DNA from: Botryllus schlosseri
Taxonomy: Eukaryota
Assembly: GCA_051294905.1 (NCBI GenBank)
Contig: CM119371.1
Location: 28,708,001 to 28,772,000 of the forward strand
DNA: 64,000 nucleotides
Direction of reading: 5' to 3'
The position numbers and the translations under genes were made by a program. Position 1 is the stretch's first letter. Each line of letters begins with the position of its first letter. Positions 46,385 to 60,670 of this stretch are shown here, piece by piece. The notes under the pieces were generated by a model that was not told where the DNA came from, did no database searches, and saw only the letters and a program-made list of their open reading frames with translations.

Positions 46385-47349
46385 GGGGAGATGTGGTACC
46401 GATGGATCACTGGGACCGAAAATACTTTGAAAATTCTCTATGATAATTCCATGATTACACTCCGTGAACTTGTCTACAATTGCATGCTGGCAACATCTTT
46501 CCTCGCATACAAAAAAATTCGACGGGCGCGAACTATGGGGTCTCTCACAGATGTTTTTTGTTTTGGGGGGGTGTAAACTAAATTTAGATCGACATATACA
46601 TTTTTCTTTGTAACCTTCAACACGAACAAACCAGCAATCATTTTTATTGTGAAGTCAGGGGCTTGTATCAGGCTATATAATGGAACCTATTATTTTTTTC
46701 AGTACTATCCTTGAGTGGAATTTTTTTCGATTCATGTACAAAATTAGTGGGGTGGGGACCGATGATACAATAGCAAAATCAACCAAAATAATCAAGCATA
46801 CTAATCATGAAACAAATGAAACATGACTATACGTACAGAAAATCTTTATGTAATAATTGCATATGATGTTTTATCGCTATAACGAGGTATTTGGAAGTCA
46901 CACTGTCGATTTTCGGGCAATATGTATGTACCCTCAATTGTATAAGTCCGAGCCTAAATCGAAACGTGATTTTATGACAACATTTGAGTCAATATTTAAT
47001 CTATTTTTTGACGGTTTCGACCGAAAATTCTTCTTTGGCTTGCTGTAGCTTAGATTATAATACTGAGCAGGAAAAGTTGTCACATCTGAGTTTTTTTGGG
47101 TATATGTGTCATAGGTCCCCGGGTCGTGTGCCATTGGACCCACCGGGTGGGGACCGATGACAAGTTCGAGCAACAAATTTTAAACGTCCATAAATATTTT
47201 TTGAAATGACGGATATTCATGTATATGTGCGCGATAGGTAGGGCTTGTATCAAAGTGCTGAGCCAGCAAAAGATCTGCTATTTTCGGCGGAACATTTTAG
47301 GGCCAGCGATCATTTTCCAATTTTTGATCCATCGGTACCACATCTCCCC
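46385..47349. mobile_element. TA-flanked MITE with 25-bp TIRs
   Basis: TA|GGGGAGATGTGGTACCGATGGATCA...TGATCCATCGGTACCACATCTCCCC|TA. Confidence 0.8.
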
Positions 47350-50300
47350 TATGTAAAACCACTAATATTAATGACGAAATTCATTGGTCAACTGAAAAGA
47401 TTTTCGCGCTTAGCACGACTGTGAGTAAAGCCCATAACATGACCAGAACAGTGACCACTCGCGATTTCGATGCGTATAATATGCCTACGTATGATTAAAT
47501 AGTTTAGTCCGGAGTTCACCGGAAATGGACATAGTAGACACTTTAACATGGGTATTTGGCGTCCACCTAGTTCATTCCGATAACTGCCCTGGAATGCGGC
47601 AGTAGGCAATCTGAGCAGTCGAAATGCGGCCGTGAATGACAAAAAGGTTGACCACCCCTGGTATAGTGAATTACGTATAAGCACCAGCCATTCAGGCGTC
47701 TATGGACATTGGACAAGGGGAAATTCGACATTATATATCGGTTTCGGCCAACATGAGTTGGGCCTTTCTGGCCAATGTTCCCTCGCTGCCGAGCTTTTTG
47801 GGGCACATTTCGATGAGTCGCATGTTGGCTGAAACGTCAATGTCAACGTCTTATAGTGTGTCGTGACGTGGTAATGCCCGACGCCGAAATGCCTAGGCCC
47901 CTATCTCTATAAATTATGCGTGTTTTCGTTGGGGGAAGACTAGGCTAGTAGCCTAGGCTACCCATGTTGATATCAAGACAGCAGATGGCAATAAATCGCT
48001 CGTAGCGCGAGGAAAGTTTGAATATACAAGTTATATAAATATTAGGGATGGTGTGAACGTGAGGTTCACGTTCGCGTTCTGTATGTGAACCTTCGAAATT
48101 TAAAGGTTCACGTTTCACAAACGAACCTTTTTCATACATTACAATTTTCACTTCATTATAACATCTTTGGTTGAAATTTATTGCATTTCAACTGCAGGCC
48201 ACTCTATGCATGGCGCTGGCAGTACAACAAAAATCAACACTAAACGAACATGCCCCATGACAATCTCAAAAATTTTACTTGCTTTGTTACAAAAGTTTGC
48301 TCGAAATACCCAGCTTTCCGTTTGTGAATATTTAGTGACTTTCTGCTGTGAGCTTGACCCGCAATCAGACAACATCAAGAGCGAAATACACTATACATAT
48401 AGGTCAGGGGTGGGCAATTATTTTTCTCCGCGGGCCAAATGAGAAGCAGAAATATATTGGCGGGCCGAGTCAGAAATTTTAGAATATTCAGCGAATTGGT
48501 TTTATTTCTAAATTGGGAGAAGTGAATTACACGAATTGGTGCTCAGTGGGTGTGTTGGTATTGTAGGATGACGAGGTGACGGTTAATTACCCAAAAAATA
48601 TTTATTTGCCGTCATATTTTGAAACAATATTAAACGTGATACATTTTGAAGTCTCTTTAAACCCCTATCCGCGTTTTTCAATCAAAACAATAAAATGTTT
48701 TGGAATGGCCGAAACAACCCCTCGTCATCCCCCCAAACGTTGGTCTTGGCCCCCCATAGAGTTCTAAACCAAGCTTCTGGGGGCTTCGCCCCAAGATCAG
48801 CCCCCATCGAGATGAACGATGTACGAGATGTCTTGTATACACTAATTGGCAACGTTTATGCCCTAATCGCGCCAAGCGCGGAATTTTTTGATGATTTATG
48901 ATTCAATCGGTCAATAATATTGGTAATTGCATATAAATTGCTATATTTTGAACCTCTCTCAGCCCACGTAGTAGCCTACTCAGTTTTACCGCGAGAGCTG
49001 AGTGAGGTACTGTCTTGGAAATATTCGGGAGGGCCCGTTGGTATGGTACCGATTGGTATTTCTTCACTGGCAAATATTGCCTATGGACAATTGGACTTAG
49101 TGGTCGTCGCGTCGTGGCGCGGTAATGGCTACCGCCGAAATGCCCAATTCTGAAAACCATTGATCTCTAAATCGCGTGGAGCGCGAGAAAAATTAGAATG
49201 AAGTTGCATAAATTTTCAAAAATACCCTATAATTCATGTTCATTCACGAAATAATTTTGGGCGCCCGTCGAGCTCGCCACCTAATTGGGGGGTGCGGGGT
49301 GCGGGAGTTACGGTCCTGAGGATAATATATAGCTTATTGTCTAGGTAGCTGGGTCTTTTAAGAGGATTTGTCCTCTTTTTTGAGATTTTGTCCTCTTTTT
49401 TGACCACAGAATTCGACCACATTCTCTGGGAACCATTGAAATTCGCTGGGCTGGCGATATCATCCATCGCTTGTCGCCGTCTAGTATACGATAACTGCAT
49501 GATTGATGATTAAATGTCGCCGATACTGATGCACCAATTAATGCAATCGGAAAAAATTAATTTGCGTGCATCTGCTGACTTCGCTGCAAGGTCAAGAACT
49601 GCGCTTGGCGGGCCTCTAGCTACGTGAAGAGTATGGCCGGGCCCAGCAAACACCAAATTGTCGTGGGCTATCCGAGTCGGGTCCGAGCCGTGTTCGGGTG
49701 TCCGAGTGTCCTCTTGGACATACGGGGGCATATACTAGGCTATCCAGATATGGAACTGTCCTTTTTGAATATCCAAGAACATACCTCCGGACCAACATTT
49801 AGGAGAGTCAACTGAAATTCCAAATCAAATGTCCGATGGATATCACAATCTGACAGTGTGCGGATATTTCCACGTTGTTTGAGCTAAAAAGTCAACATCT
49901 CAAGTTCCTGTGCTGATAAGTGCACATATTTCATCCTTTCAAATGATATTTCGAGAGAAAATCGTAGATTTACTCATCAACATTCGGGATGAGAGTCCAC
50001 TGAAAGTACGAACCAAAGTTCCAATGGATATCATGTTCGGACAATGTGAGGATAGTTCCATTTTGTTTCAGCAAAAAGTCAATTCCCAACTCTGACGCTG
50101 ATATGCACAAATTGCACATATTTCAGGATTTCAAGAATATAGTTTGAAAGAAAATCGTCACTTGACGTGATTCTTCAGCGACGTGGCGTATAACCGCATT
50201 ATGCATGTTGGCATTGAATGGTCAATATATTCCCTGTCGGGCGTTCATTTCTAGCTTTTAGGCGTTACGATTTCGATGTCTTTTTAGTTGTCGCGTTACT

Positions 50301-50997
50301 GTTTGTTACTCCGGTGAATATTCATAATTCCGAAAGATATGTGACGAACTTTTCGCGTGCGTCACGTCGTCAGATACGTTTATAGCGTTTTTCGCTCGAA
50401 TGCGCTCAATCGGTCGGCAGAAATGGCGTCTGCGCACAATGAATCTGTATTTCGTTTATGACTTGATCGGGATTATATGCTTGACTTGACCGGAATTATA
50501 TGCTGGTATTGCTGGTTGATGGTATATTTTCTTTCGGACTTTTATTTCGAGCATGTAATGAACTATACCGTACCTATACTGTGCCGCCATATAAGGTGTT
50601 TTACCGAAGTTCCTGCGCTGAACATCACTGAACATTGTGAACGCGTCGCGCCCTTCGTGGATGAGATTATTAGCGTTTTTCCCTACATGCGCAATGGCTC
50701 AGTGCACACAGTCTCGTGACTCAAATTTTCGTCTGGCAAGTTCGAACTTACTGTCAGCGGCGAGAGAAGCATTTGGGAATCTGCTGTGCGCCACTAACCT
50801 CGTTGATTACTTATAACTACTGGCTCTAGTTAGCGTAGTCAGTCAATGATACGGTTAGTGTTATAGTCGTACTGTGTATAAAGGGTAAATCGCTACACAG
50901 AAATATAATTATCTATCTATCTAGTCACAAGTGGCTTATGCTCACAGCGAAAATGCGCTTGGTTGGTTATTGAATCCTTATATTATAGCAATGACGC

Positions 50998-52177
50998 ATG
51001 TTCGGTGTTGTTTAGAGTTCAGTTCATACTGTTATATATATAGTACGTCCTATTATTGCAATCAAACTTGATTTCTTGATCAACATGAGTTAAAAGCTAC
51101 TGTTCTGTGGTTTAGAACTGGGAATGGATATGATGGTAGCATTTTGACAGGATTTGATTAAGTTGAACATCCCTACTCAAAATCGTGCACGCTGGTATTG
51201 CAGATATTAATGCGTGGATTCGGAATTGTATTATTGAAGTACTGATATTCAATTCTACCAAGCCCTATTACAGTTATGTCTACAAGAGAAATTCAAGAAA
51301 AATATTTCAAGTAGATTGGGTGAAGAGAAAATGATCTCAAGCTAAAGCAAGAGTGGATAATGGCAGGAGCATTTCGGCCAAGATTGCTGTTCCCGGTTGA
51401 ATATCGGATCCATCACCACTCGCTGTATATTGCAATGAAAGACATGAAAAACGACTGTAAGAGGAACGAACAGTTGCTGATGCAGATACTATACAGTCTG
51501 TCAACCAGCCCCAAATATCCAATGAAAACCACAACAGAACTGGAGCAATGCTTATTGAAGATACGGTATCATTCCGCAACCATTTGAGGATGTTGTAGAA
51601 CTGGAAAGCTTCGTTCAAGAGGTATGGTAAATGATTAGGATATAATTCAGATTTCTGTCTCGTGTGATATAATTAGCATAAGTATCTTGTGGGCGTTTGC
51701 TATTTATCGTTTCCTTGATCGTCCTAGTAATAATTTCGCATAACTTGCTTTTCATAAAAAATATCCTTGGTATTCTGATGTAGTTAAACCTCGTTATATA
51801 GAGTTTTATGGCACATTCATGAAGATGTGTCAGCTTATAATTATTTTTCAGGTATCAGCAATGAATCCCCTCAGGGAGTCCACCATGAATGACTATGTAA
51901 GAAGAATGCTCTATAGAGTTTCAACCGATATAAAGTTTGGTGCGAATTCTCATTGAAGGGCTGAACTGGGAAGAGAGCTCTGTGCACTGAGTTCATACAT
52001 GATCGTATATTGTAGGTTGAACTAGCTTGTTGTCTCTATAAATTGTTTAATACAATCTTCCTATTTAGGTGCTTGTTGCAATATTCATACGACTGTTCCG
52101 GAAAAGGGCTACGACATTGCAGTCAGATCTGTGTTGCGCCATGCACATCTAAAAACGAAAATCGGCAGACCAAGGTA
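50998..52177 (+). pseudogene. Spliced DUF4806/BEN-like accessory gene remnant
   Basis: Pieces PQPFEDVVELESFVQE | VSAMNPLRESTMNDYVRRMLYRVSTD / VWCEFSLKG*TGKRAL | ACCNIHTTVPEKGYDIAVRSVLRHAHLK with GT-AG introns, stops and frameshifts; 5' boundary uncertain. Confidence 0.5.
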
Positions 52178-52879
52178 GATGCAATATTGATTGTCTGATA
52201 CATTACGCAGAGGGGATAATGGTTATAATGCGTAACCATACTCATATATTTACCCGTGTTTTACCTGCGTGTTGGTTTATTTCGTTTTCTTGGTCGTTAA
52301 TTTTAGTGTAAAAGTAGTTTATTCGTAAAGTATATCACCATAATTCAGACTGTACAAACTACCAATTTAGTTAGTTGAAGGTCAACCAACTAACGGTTTC
52401 TTGAGTAGTTCTAGTTGCTGATTTTGAAAATTGATTAGTTCTAATTCTAGTCGCACATTTGAAAAAAATAATAGTGGCCGAACATCTAGAAAACACGTGT
52501 CGTCGTTTCATGCGAATTGAGATGCCGGTGTTCTATTGAATGATGTATGTTGTACTGTACAGTACAGCCATAGGCGCCGAGTTACGGGGTGTTATGACGT
52601 CGCGTTACATTTTGCACACATTGGTTTCGTGTTTGACCCCTGACCCCCCCCCCCCCCGGGCTACGCGCCTGAGTAAATGAATAGTATATAATAGAGAATT
52701 GTCTGATGTAATACTACACATGGAATATGGTATCTTGTGATCGTTTACTGTTCATCATCTCTCTGTTTGTCTTAGTAATAATTTTGCAATTGCTTGCTGC
52801 GGTACAATACGATTGGTTTTTCTGATACAGTAAGCCTTTCCACATAGGTTTTATGACATTGTTGTATTGATGTAATGAT

Positions 52880-53200
52880 CGCACGGAGCTCGCACGTCAG
52901 TGCAAATTGGCTACAAAAACAGACTGCTATGATGATTACCAAGCATATATGCTTCGTCAATCGGTCAGCATCTGAGCGAAAATCTTGCCTGTGCACAGCA
53001 CTATGATGACAATATGTTCACTGTCATTGCGCGTGGTAGGTCTGTGTTTCATTTAAAAGTGTTGGAGTCTACTATTATTCAGTTGAGCAAACCTATTTTA
53101 TGCAGACAGAAAGATTTCCTCTATAACCTACAAACTTCTCATAAGTGCGTGTTGTTCCGTGCGTGTAATTGTTTATTTACAAATTGTGCTGCTACTATAG
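52880..53200 (+). mobile_element. Penelope-like GIY-YIG 3' fragment, paralog of 22815-23140
   Basis: Highly similar DNA; MFTVIARGRSVFHLKVLESTIIQLSKPILCRQK. Confidence 0.8.
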
Positions 53201-55458
53201 TGGTTGCCAGTAAACTCGCCCCAAAGTAAATTCGGCCATTACATCAGTAAATTCGGCCCACCGAGAATATTGTATTATAATGTATTACCAACCGTTAACA
53301 TGAATTAATTACATAATTATACTATTATTAAGTGATTTGGATGTCAGGGTATGCGTAGATCGCGTAATCACGGGAGATAGCGCGGATATTCACGGGGACC
53401 GAATTTACCGACGGCCGAATCCACCGGTCAATTCACTGGTTACTCGCGAGAATCGACTGCACAGCGGCACGAGATCTCCAACTGATACTGCTATTCATTT
53501 GAATGTGAAATCTGGTCATTGATAAATTAGCGCACGTCGTCACCACAGGCTTGAACATCCCGTACGCAATAAGGCCACAAGCCAAGCGTCAAGTCTCTGC
53601 CTGCTTGCTGCACCTGCCGTTAGGCACAGTCGATTGCCACCGTTGGCAACACTTGAAATAATGGTGGGGGGGCGAACCTTCGAACCGCCGGGACACGCAC
53701 CTGCTACTCAAGTAGCATAATGGAATAGTCTCTTGAGGCAGACTTGACTAACGAGATGATTCCAGTTGTCCAATCACAGATTAATTGGAGCGAAATGCGG
53801 CTAATCTAATTCTAATCTAACTTTGGAAATGTTTCTGTGCCCTTATTTTAATTCTAATCCAATTCCGTTTGCGAATCAAATTTGGAAAATATGGTGTAGC
53901 TATAATTGTCGTTGTTATTTTAATGCTAGTCAAGTAAAGTAGTTGGCAGCTGTTCCCTGGCATACGGCCGTTTGCTGTATGAGTAGTTGCAATGCAACCC
54001 TTCCCTAGGGAACTCGCGCTGCATTGGAAAGACTGGCAAGTAGTTCATTACGACTCATTGGCTTTTAGTTGTGACACTTTTCGTGTCTTGAATGCTCTGT
54101 ATTGAGTGATTTCTATCCACAGTTCTAACTAAGTCACAAATTCTGTTATATTCATGGTCTTTGCCATATGCACATCATGTCTTATTAGGTAATCTGTAAT
54201 GTTTGCATCAAGGTATTCCGAATATGCTAGCATTTTGAAAGATTATTTCATGTTTGCTGGAATTGATTTCTCGATTAATATTTCAGTAAGAGAATGCAAG
54301 GAAACTGAATATCTTGTCTCAACGTTGCACTCGAGATGGCAAAGATACTTTGTAAAGGTGTTCATCATCATCAATCCGACTCGTCTACCTGTATGAAGTT
54401 GAAGATGTTACCAGCCACAGGAATTGTTGTCTGCAAGTGTGCATATGTATAGTGTGCAGCGGTGCTTGTCTCGTTTTCACTCTCATGGACAAACTTTCTT
54501 TATTTTGATTGATTGATGATATTGTCAATGACTGTGTGGTGTTACAGTTAGCTTTCTGCTGTTTTCTGTTTTTTTTTTTATGTTAATATAAGTTTCGGAA
54601 ACGAAAAATCAATCGGTAAGTTGGTGCGTCTAGAGATCCTGGTGATGGTAGGGGCAGCTGAGGCAGGGGCGCACTGCCCAGGTATGTCTTGCCAGTGTCA
54701 GATGAATTCGCTTTGAAGGTATGGTTTGTTCCAACTTTCTCCCTCCACTGGCCCGGGAACAATTTACCGGACGGTCACTGACCAGTCAGTGAACGTCAAG
54801 GGGATTCAACACCTCCAGTCCAAGTGAACAGTCTGGGGGATAGATCTGGGACTTTTGATGGTACGTCCATGGGCTATATGTGGACCATCAAATGTTTGCT
54901 GGGGGGCTATATAGGATGTGCCTGCCTACTAAATTTGTTTAAATCTTTTATAATTATTTAACGTACATTTATTCGTATCATTGACGTGACGTGCAGGATG
55001 TACTTGTTAATAAAAGCAAATGTGAATAATGCGCTGAATAAAATCGTGCTTTTGAGTATATACAACACTTATGACGATATTTGTCAGCTTTCACATATTT
55101 GTAATCAACACGCCCTCGGGCAAATTCAAGTAATGCAACGATTTACTGTAGGCTACATAAATTATTTGATATGTCGCTTGATTCTAAATATGACTTCATC
55201 TCACGTTTACATTCGTTAGTCTGTATAATGTTGGAGAGTTTCAGTGGCAGAGAAATTGCGTTACTCGGGCTTTTGGTTTTGTCGCGGGTATAGCTAGTTC
55301 TACTTTGAGCGTGCAAATTCGATTTTGTTATCATGAAACAGGAATAATTATATAGCATAAGTAGTTATTTTCTAATGACATCGCGATTGACACGTCATTC
55401 ATGGATGAGTTTAGTTTGTAGAGCGTGAATGGAGACTTCGATTTGACTTCGATTTGAC

Positions 55459-55890
55459 TAGGGTTGCATTTAAAACAAACGCTGTCTTAAAAGTTGATAA
55501 TCAGTCTTCAGTGTTTAAAGGCCTTTAAAAAAATGTTTTTTCGTAAGTTTTAAAATTATGCCATAATTGTGTAAATACTTTCCAATAACATGTTGTATAA
55601 GCCTAATACGGAGAATTGCCACCGATTTAGCCGACTCATATCGATATGGGGTGGTGGGAACCCTTAAAATAGACGGTTCAACAGTTATAGTACAGATACT
55701 TCGTCAAAGGAGCTATATTTACCGTATGATTTTTATCAATGTCAATCCATCATGACGCCACAATTGAATATTAGTGACCTCATGGCTTTAAAAATCAAAC
55801 GAAAAATAACAATAAAAAACATGTTTCAAATAAAGACCTTATTTTAAACATGTTTGTTTTCAATTGATTTTTGTTTTAAATGCAACCCTT
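55459..55890. mobile_element. hAT-type MITE
   Basis: TAGGGTTGCATTTAAAACAAA...TTTGTTTTAAATGCAACCCTT; perfect TSD GATTTGAC. Confidence 0.8.
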
Positions 55891-57079
55891 GATTTGACCA
55901 TAAGAAGCGTGTGCAATTGTGTTAGATATAGATGTTGGCAATGCCACGAGCAGATAGTTATTTGCGAATTACTATTACTGAGCAATGAAAAGTGACCGTT
56001 TCACGACATTATCACATTGCATTATTATTCTATGCTGTGATGGTTTTGCTAAGTAGCTTCGGAATAAAGCAATGACGGGTGCAGAATCCAAACAGTGTTT
56101 GACTCGGTCAATTCAATTTAATAATGTGAAAGATTCTTATTCACAAAGAAAGCATTCAAGAACTATAGAGACTATAGTCAACTTATTCGAGTGACACTTG
56201 CAGTAGGCTACTTTCAAACGTATCAAAGTATATTATACGAAATTATACTCGGAGATGAAGATTCGATATAGAATTTGGGGAACACATATTGAGATTCAGA
56301 GGCTAATAATAAAGATCAATACCATCTAGGTCTCGTTGGTAGTGGTGGAATGACTTATATTTGCTTCTTCTGACTTCATTTATCGCAAGAACTGGAAAGT
56401 GATCAGATATTACGCATAAAAACACATCACGGCAGAATTTCCCGTTAGAGTATATTTCTGTCTAGATCACCGAGAAAAGTATACGCGACTCGGTTAAGAA
56501 CAAATACGAGGAAAGAGAATGAAAACAGAATTTTTATTTCGTAAAGCGTCGATGACTTTATTCGGTAGGGTGGAACCCTGAAATCGGTAGATTACACTAT
56601 CTTCGTTTGGACGATGGCAATTGGATATTATGAGTAGTTGAAATGCGGAGGTAGTCAGTAACGGCCCCCATTTAATTTTTCGACGTACTCAAGCGGGCTG
56701 TGCGTGCTTGCTCTACACTTACTCACGTTTTGAGATATGTTTGTATCGCTTTTATGTGTGAAAGTGCCAATGGAACTTGTCGAAATAACGCTAGTATCAA
56801 AGAATTGAATGTGGTTTCGAAAATATCGCACTGTCATTAGACATTTTGCATCATCAGAGAAGTTGTGCGCCCTGCGATTTCTGAAGTAAACTGCTACAAC
56901 TATGCCACAGCACTTCGACCAAATACTTTTAATACCTTCACTTTCCATTTCCACTCGAAATAGTTTTCACGCGTTTTATATATCGCTACATATACTTGTA
57001 AGTACGTAGAAATATATAGCGTTAATTCTATTTCGACTCGAGTTTACCAACGCCGACAACTTTGACCACCTCTGTTGAA

Positions 57080-57317
57080 ATGAGGATAACGAATGGGATA
57101 ATCGCGTCATGCATATTGGGTATGATTTCGGCTGCGGATCAACACGAGGAAATGCGCTGCAAAGCACGACCAGGCTGTCATCTGGCTAAATGCGAACCCG
57201 GACCGCTGTCTCCTAGTTTGAACGTGAATGAATATCCTGTTACTTGCGTGAGGACGTCCGCTCAAGACTGGGAGGAATACAAGGAATTGAAAAGCGAAAT
57301 GAGAATCATGCGAACAG
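57080..57317 (+). CDS. Probable first coding exon of a secreted Cys-containing protein (signal peptide plus short helical/coiled segment)
   Basis: MRITNGIIASCILGMISA-ADQHEEMRCKARPGCHLAKCEP...WEEYKELKSEMRIMRT; hydrophobic N-terminus, GC-richer than flanks, AG|GTACTT donor, TATA-like run near 57010. Confidence 0.6.
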
Positions 57318-57477
57318 GTACTTCCATTGTGTGCATCTGCATATAGGTTTGCATTCAAACAAATAATGTTTTAAAACAATTTGTTTGTAACATGTTTTGA
57401 ACGGTGGTTTAAAAATGACATTTTCTTTTTAATTTGTATAATTGTGCCTTAATTGTGTAAATACGTCCGAAAATAAT

Positions 57478-57480
<3 letters not shown>

Positions 57481-57543
<63 letters not shown>
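57481..57543. repeat. (GA)n microsatellite, tail of a minus-strand LINE 3' end
   Basis: About 31 GA units followed by TCTTTATT (AATAAAGA on minus), as at 42011-42045. Confidence 0.85.
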
Positions 57544-57545
<2 letters not shown>

Positions 57546-57672
57546 TTTATTTTCATCCAACCAAAATACATAACACACCGCAGTGGAGGTGGTACAGAAA
57601 ATATGCTTGCACAGTATTCGGTATTAGATAGGAATGATCGATAAGACCGTGAAGGTCATCTAGTCTGATCAC

Positions 57673-60670
57673 CAGTGGTGGCTTTTGGGGTGGGCGAGGT
57701 GGGCGGTCGCCCAGGGCCCCCCCTGTTTGAGGAGGGCCCCCCCTCCTCGGTTTACGCGCTTTTTTTCCAACTATTTCTCCGGTTTACGCGCTTTTTACCA
57801 ACTATTTCTCCGGTTTACGCGCTTTTTACCAACTATTTCTCCGGTTTATGCGCTTTTTTCCAACTATTACCATTTTCTAAATAACCGTGGAAATCCTTGT
57901 ATCCGTGAAGAATACGGTACAGTACCGTAAAAAGGCATGAATCATAATTCTCATTTTTTAAGTTATCATTTTTCGAATAACCATGAAAATCCATGCACCG
58001 ATGTAGAATATGGTCTCGTAAACAGTTGTCGATAATCAAATTTCTGCGCGCGTTAAAAGAGCTTACTTTGATTTTATGAGGGAAGGCCCTCCTACATTTA
58101 TGCAATTTTTGGTTATCATTTTGCGAATAACCGTGAAAATACATGCAGGCCTACCCATGTAGAATATGGCAGGTCAACCGTAAACAGTGGTCAATCATTA
58201 AATTTCTGCACCGGTTAAAAGAGCTCACTTTCATTTTATGGGAGACCCCTCATTTACTCAATTTATAGTTATCATTTTACGAATAACCGTGGCAACACAT
58301 GTAGGCCTACCCATGTAGTACCGTAAACAGTTTTCGATCATCAAATTTCTGTGCGCGGTAAAAGAGCTTACTTTGATTTTATAAGGGGGGGGCTTCTACA
58401 TTTACGCGATTTCTGGTTATCATTTTGTAAATAACTGAAAATACGCGCAGGCCAACTCATGTGGAATACGGTACTGTAAACAGCTGTCGATCATTAAAAT
58501 TCGGCACGCGTTCAGCTTGCGTGCGAGCTCACTTCGATTTATGAGGGGGGGGGGGCCCTACATTTACGCAATTTTTGGTTATCATTTTGTAAATAACTGA
58601 AAATACATGCAGGCCTACCCATGTAGAATATGGTACTGTAAACAGTTGTCAATAATTAAATTTCTGCACGCGTTATAAGAGCTTACATATATTTTATGAG
58701 GGGGGCCCCTGCTACATTTATGAAATTTATAGTTATCGTTTTGCGAATAACCGTGAAAATATATGTACCCATGTAAAATATGGTACCGTAAACGGTTGTC
58801 GATCATCAAATTGGTGATTTGTGTGAGAGACGCGATCGCATCCGCTAACATAAAATTTTGTTGTGAATGATTATCACTTCCAGTATATTTTTGAATAATA
58901 TTCAACACCTTTTTCTCAGTGCTATAAAATTACAATAACATTCACAAGAAACTACTACAGTGCATACAGGAAGTATACATTTTCAGTGACTGGTGCAGCT
59001 CGTTCATTTTCAGTACTAGGCTAACTCCATGTCAGTAGCCCTAAAACAATTAAATTGTTTATTTCAATTTTTAGATTTGACAGAAATTTGGATTAAGTGA
59101 TTTTGAAATATATCCGAGTAGCTTACATCACAATTTCAAGTTTTTAAATTCAATATCCAGCTTTTCAAGCCAGCGCATGATAAAAAACAAGCTTTTCCGG
59201 CTCATTCAATCGTAAAATTGATAGAATTTTTGGTAGGTCTGTACATGAGCTATCTTGTACATAAGTTGATCTAATATATCATTCAAGTTACAATTTAGCT
59301 TTTTTGTGTACTGCACTCAAGTTTAAAGTCATTTCTAATGAAAATCATTGCAGTATCCCTCTCATTTCAGTCAACTTGAAAATTTTCATGACTAGTCATC
59401 ATATGGAAGCTATTATAAGAATGCTGAAAAATGAGTTTTTATTGACTATATAATTTTCAAGTTGTGACAGCAATGTATGTTGTAGGCAGAAGTAGGCGAT
59501 TTGGATAATGTTTAGTTCCTCTTAAAACTAGCCTTCGAAATTTTCGTGTGGACAGTGTTGCGCCAACAATATTTGAATTTGACGCTGTTTATGACTTGAT
59601 TTTGAAAATTATTATGAGCCTAGTTTTGACCCCTTTCCTCATTTTATTGTCAGGTTCAAGAGCTTCTTCTATTCTATCTTTAGGCGTTGAGACTCTGTTG
59701 TCTGGTTAAGCTGTTTTATGACCGGCACCATTGCAAGGATTCATTGTAAAATTTACCATAAACATGCAGCTGTCTTGGTTGGGTAACTTCTGGGACAAGT
59801 GTTGGTTTGTAATATACCGGTATTTGTTCTTTTCTGCCGGTACTTTTGCTGTGTTAGCTGTTAGGAATAAATCATTTTTCTTTCACTGTACAAATATAGT
59901 CCTTCTTTAATGATCCAATAATAATTCTTGATGACCATAAACTCCTCTTGGTTGAGTCATCTTGTCAAAGAAGGGAAGTCATTGTTGTTTGTTGTTGTTG
60001 TTGTTGTTTTGAGTATTCATGAATCGCGATGTCTCGACTGCTTCGGTAAGTTTACACCAAGCCAATATCATTTTGTACCCGTATGATAGTTTCCATTTAG
60101 TTTCCATTTACTTTTGGTGTCATATTTGCTATCATCATTTTGATTTCTACTTTTTTGAAGAACTAAATGCATCAATTTAATTGTCCGGTCATAGTAGTTC
60201 ATTCATTGGAAGTTTCAATTCTATGGATGTGTTCTATAAACTTCATTGTTTGGTCACCTTCGTAATCGATTAGCTATTGGTCCTCATTCTGCTTATATAT
60301 TTTGATCTGAGCCAAGTCAAGTCACCAAAATATCACGATTTGAGTCATTGGAATCCTGCCATCGTTTCCTTGAAAAAGTATGAACTTTTTCTTTCTTAGT
60401 TTCCATTGTCACTGTATTTGTGATTACTTTCACGCATGAAAATCTCATCTTGAACTTGAATGACACAGTTGCCTTTTATAGTAAATAGTTACACACAGCA
60501 TCGACATTCCGTATAGTATCACAGAAACTGTAGACATGCAATATATAATACTTGTATGGAGAGGCGAGGGGGGTCTGGGGGGCGGAGCCCCCCAGAAGCT
60601 GCGTTTATGGATATATGGGGCCCCCCTGGAAGTTTCGCCCAGGGCCCCCCCAATCCTAGGGCCACCACTG
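57673..60670. mobile_element. 3-kb hAT-type element with internal tandem arrays
   Basis: CAGTGGTGGC...GCCACCACTG; perfect TSD CTGATCAC; 31-bp repeat x4 (57748-57870) and about 150-bp repeat x6 (57960-58810). Confidence 0.8.

Larger units (their letters stand above)
45619..47660. mobile_element. hAT (Buster/Charlie-type) element with a nested SINE and a nested TA-flanked MITE
   Basis: CGGGGGTGGCCAAC...GTTGACCACCCCTG; perfect TSD GTATAGTG. Confidence 0.8.
49642..54903. mobile_element. Animal EnSpm/CACTA-type element (decayed)
   Basis: TIR CCCAGCAAACA...TGTTTGCTGGG, 2-bp TSD GG, subterminal direct repeats at 49800-50160, internal DUF4806-like remnant. Confidence 0.65.

Noticed and set aside
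50423..50735. ATG GCG start of a host gene on the plus strand
   Set aside because: Frames close quickly and the region lies within the CACTA-type element.
57748..57870. CRISPR-like 31-bp repeats
   Set aside because: Head-to-tail with no spacers, inside a eukaryotic transposon.
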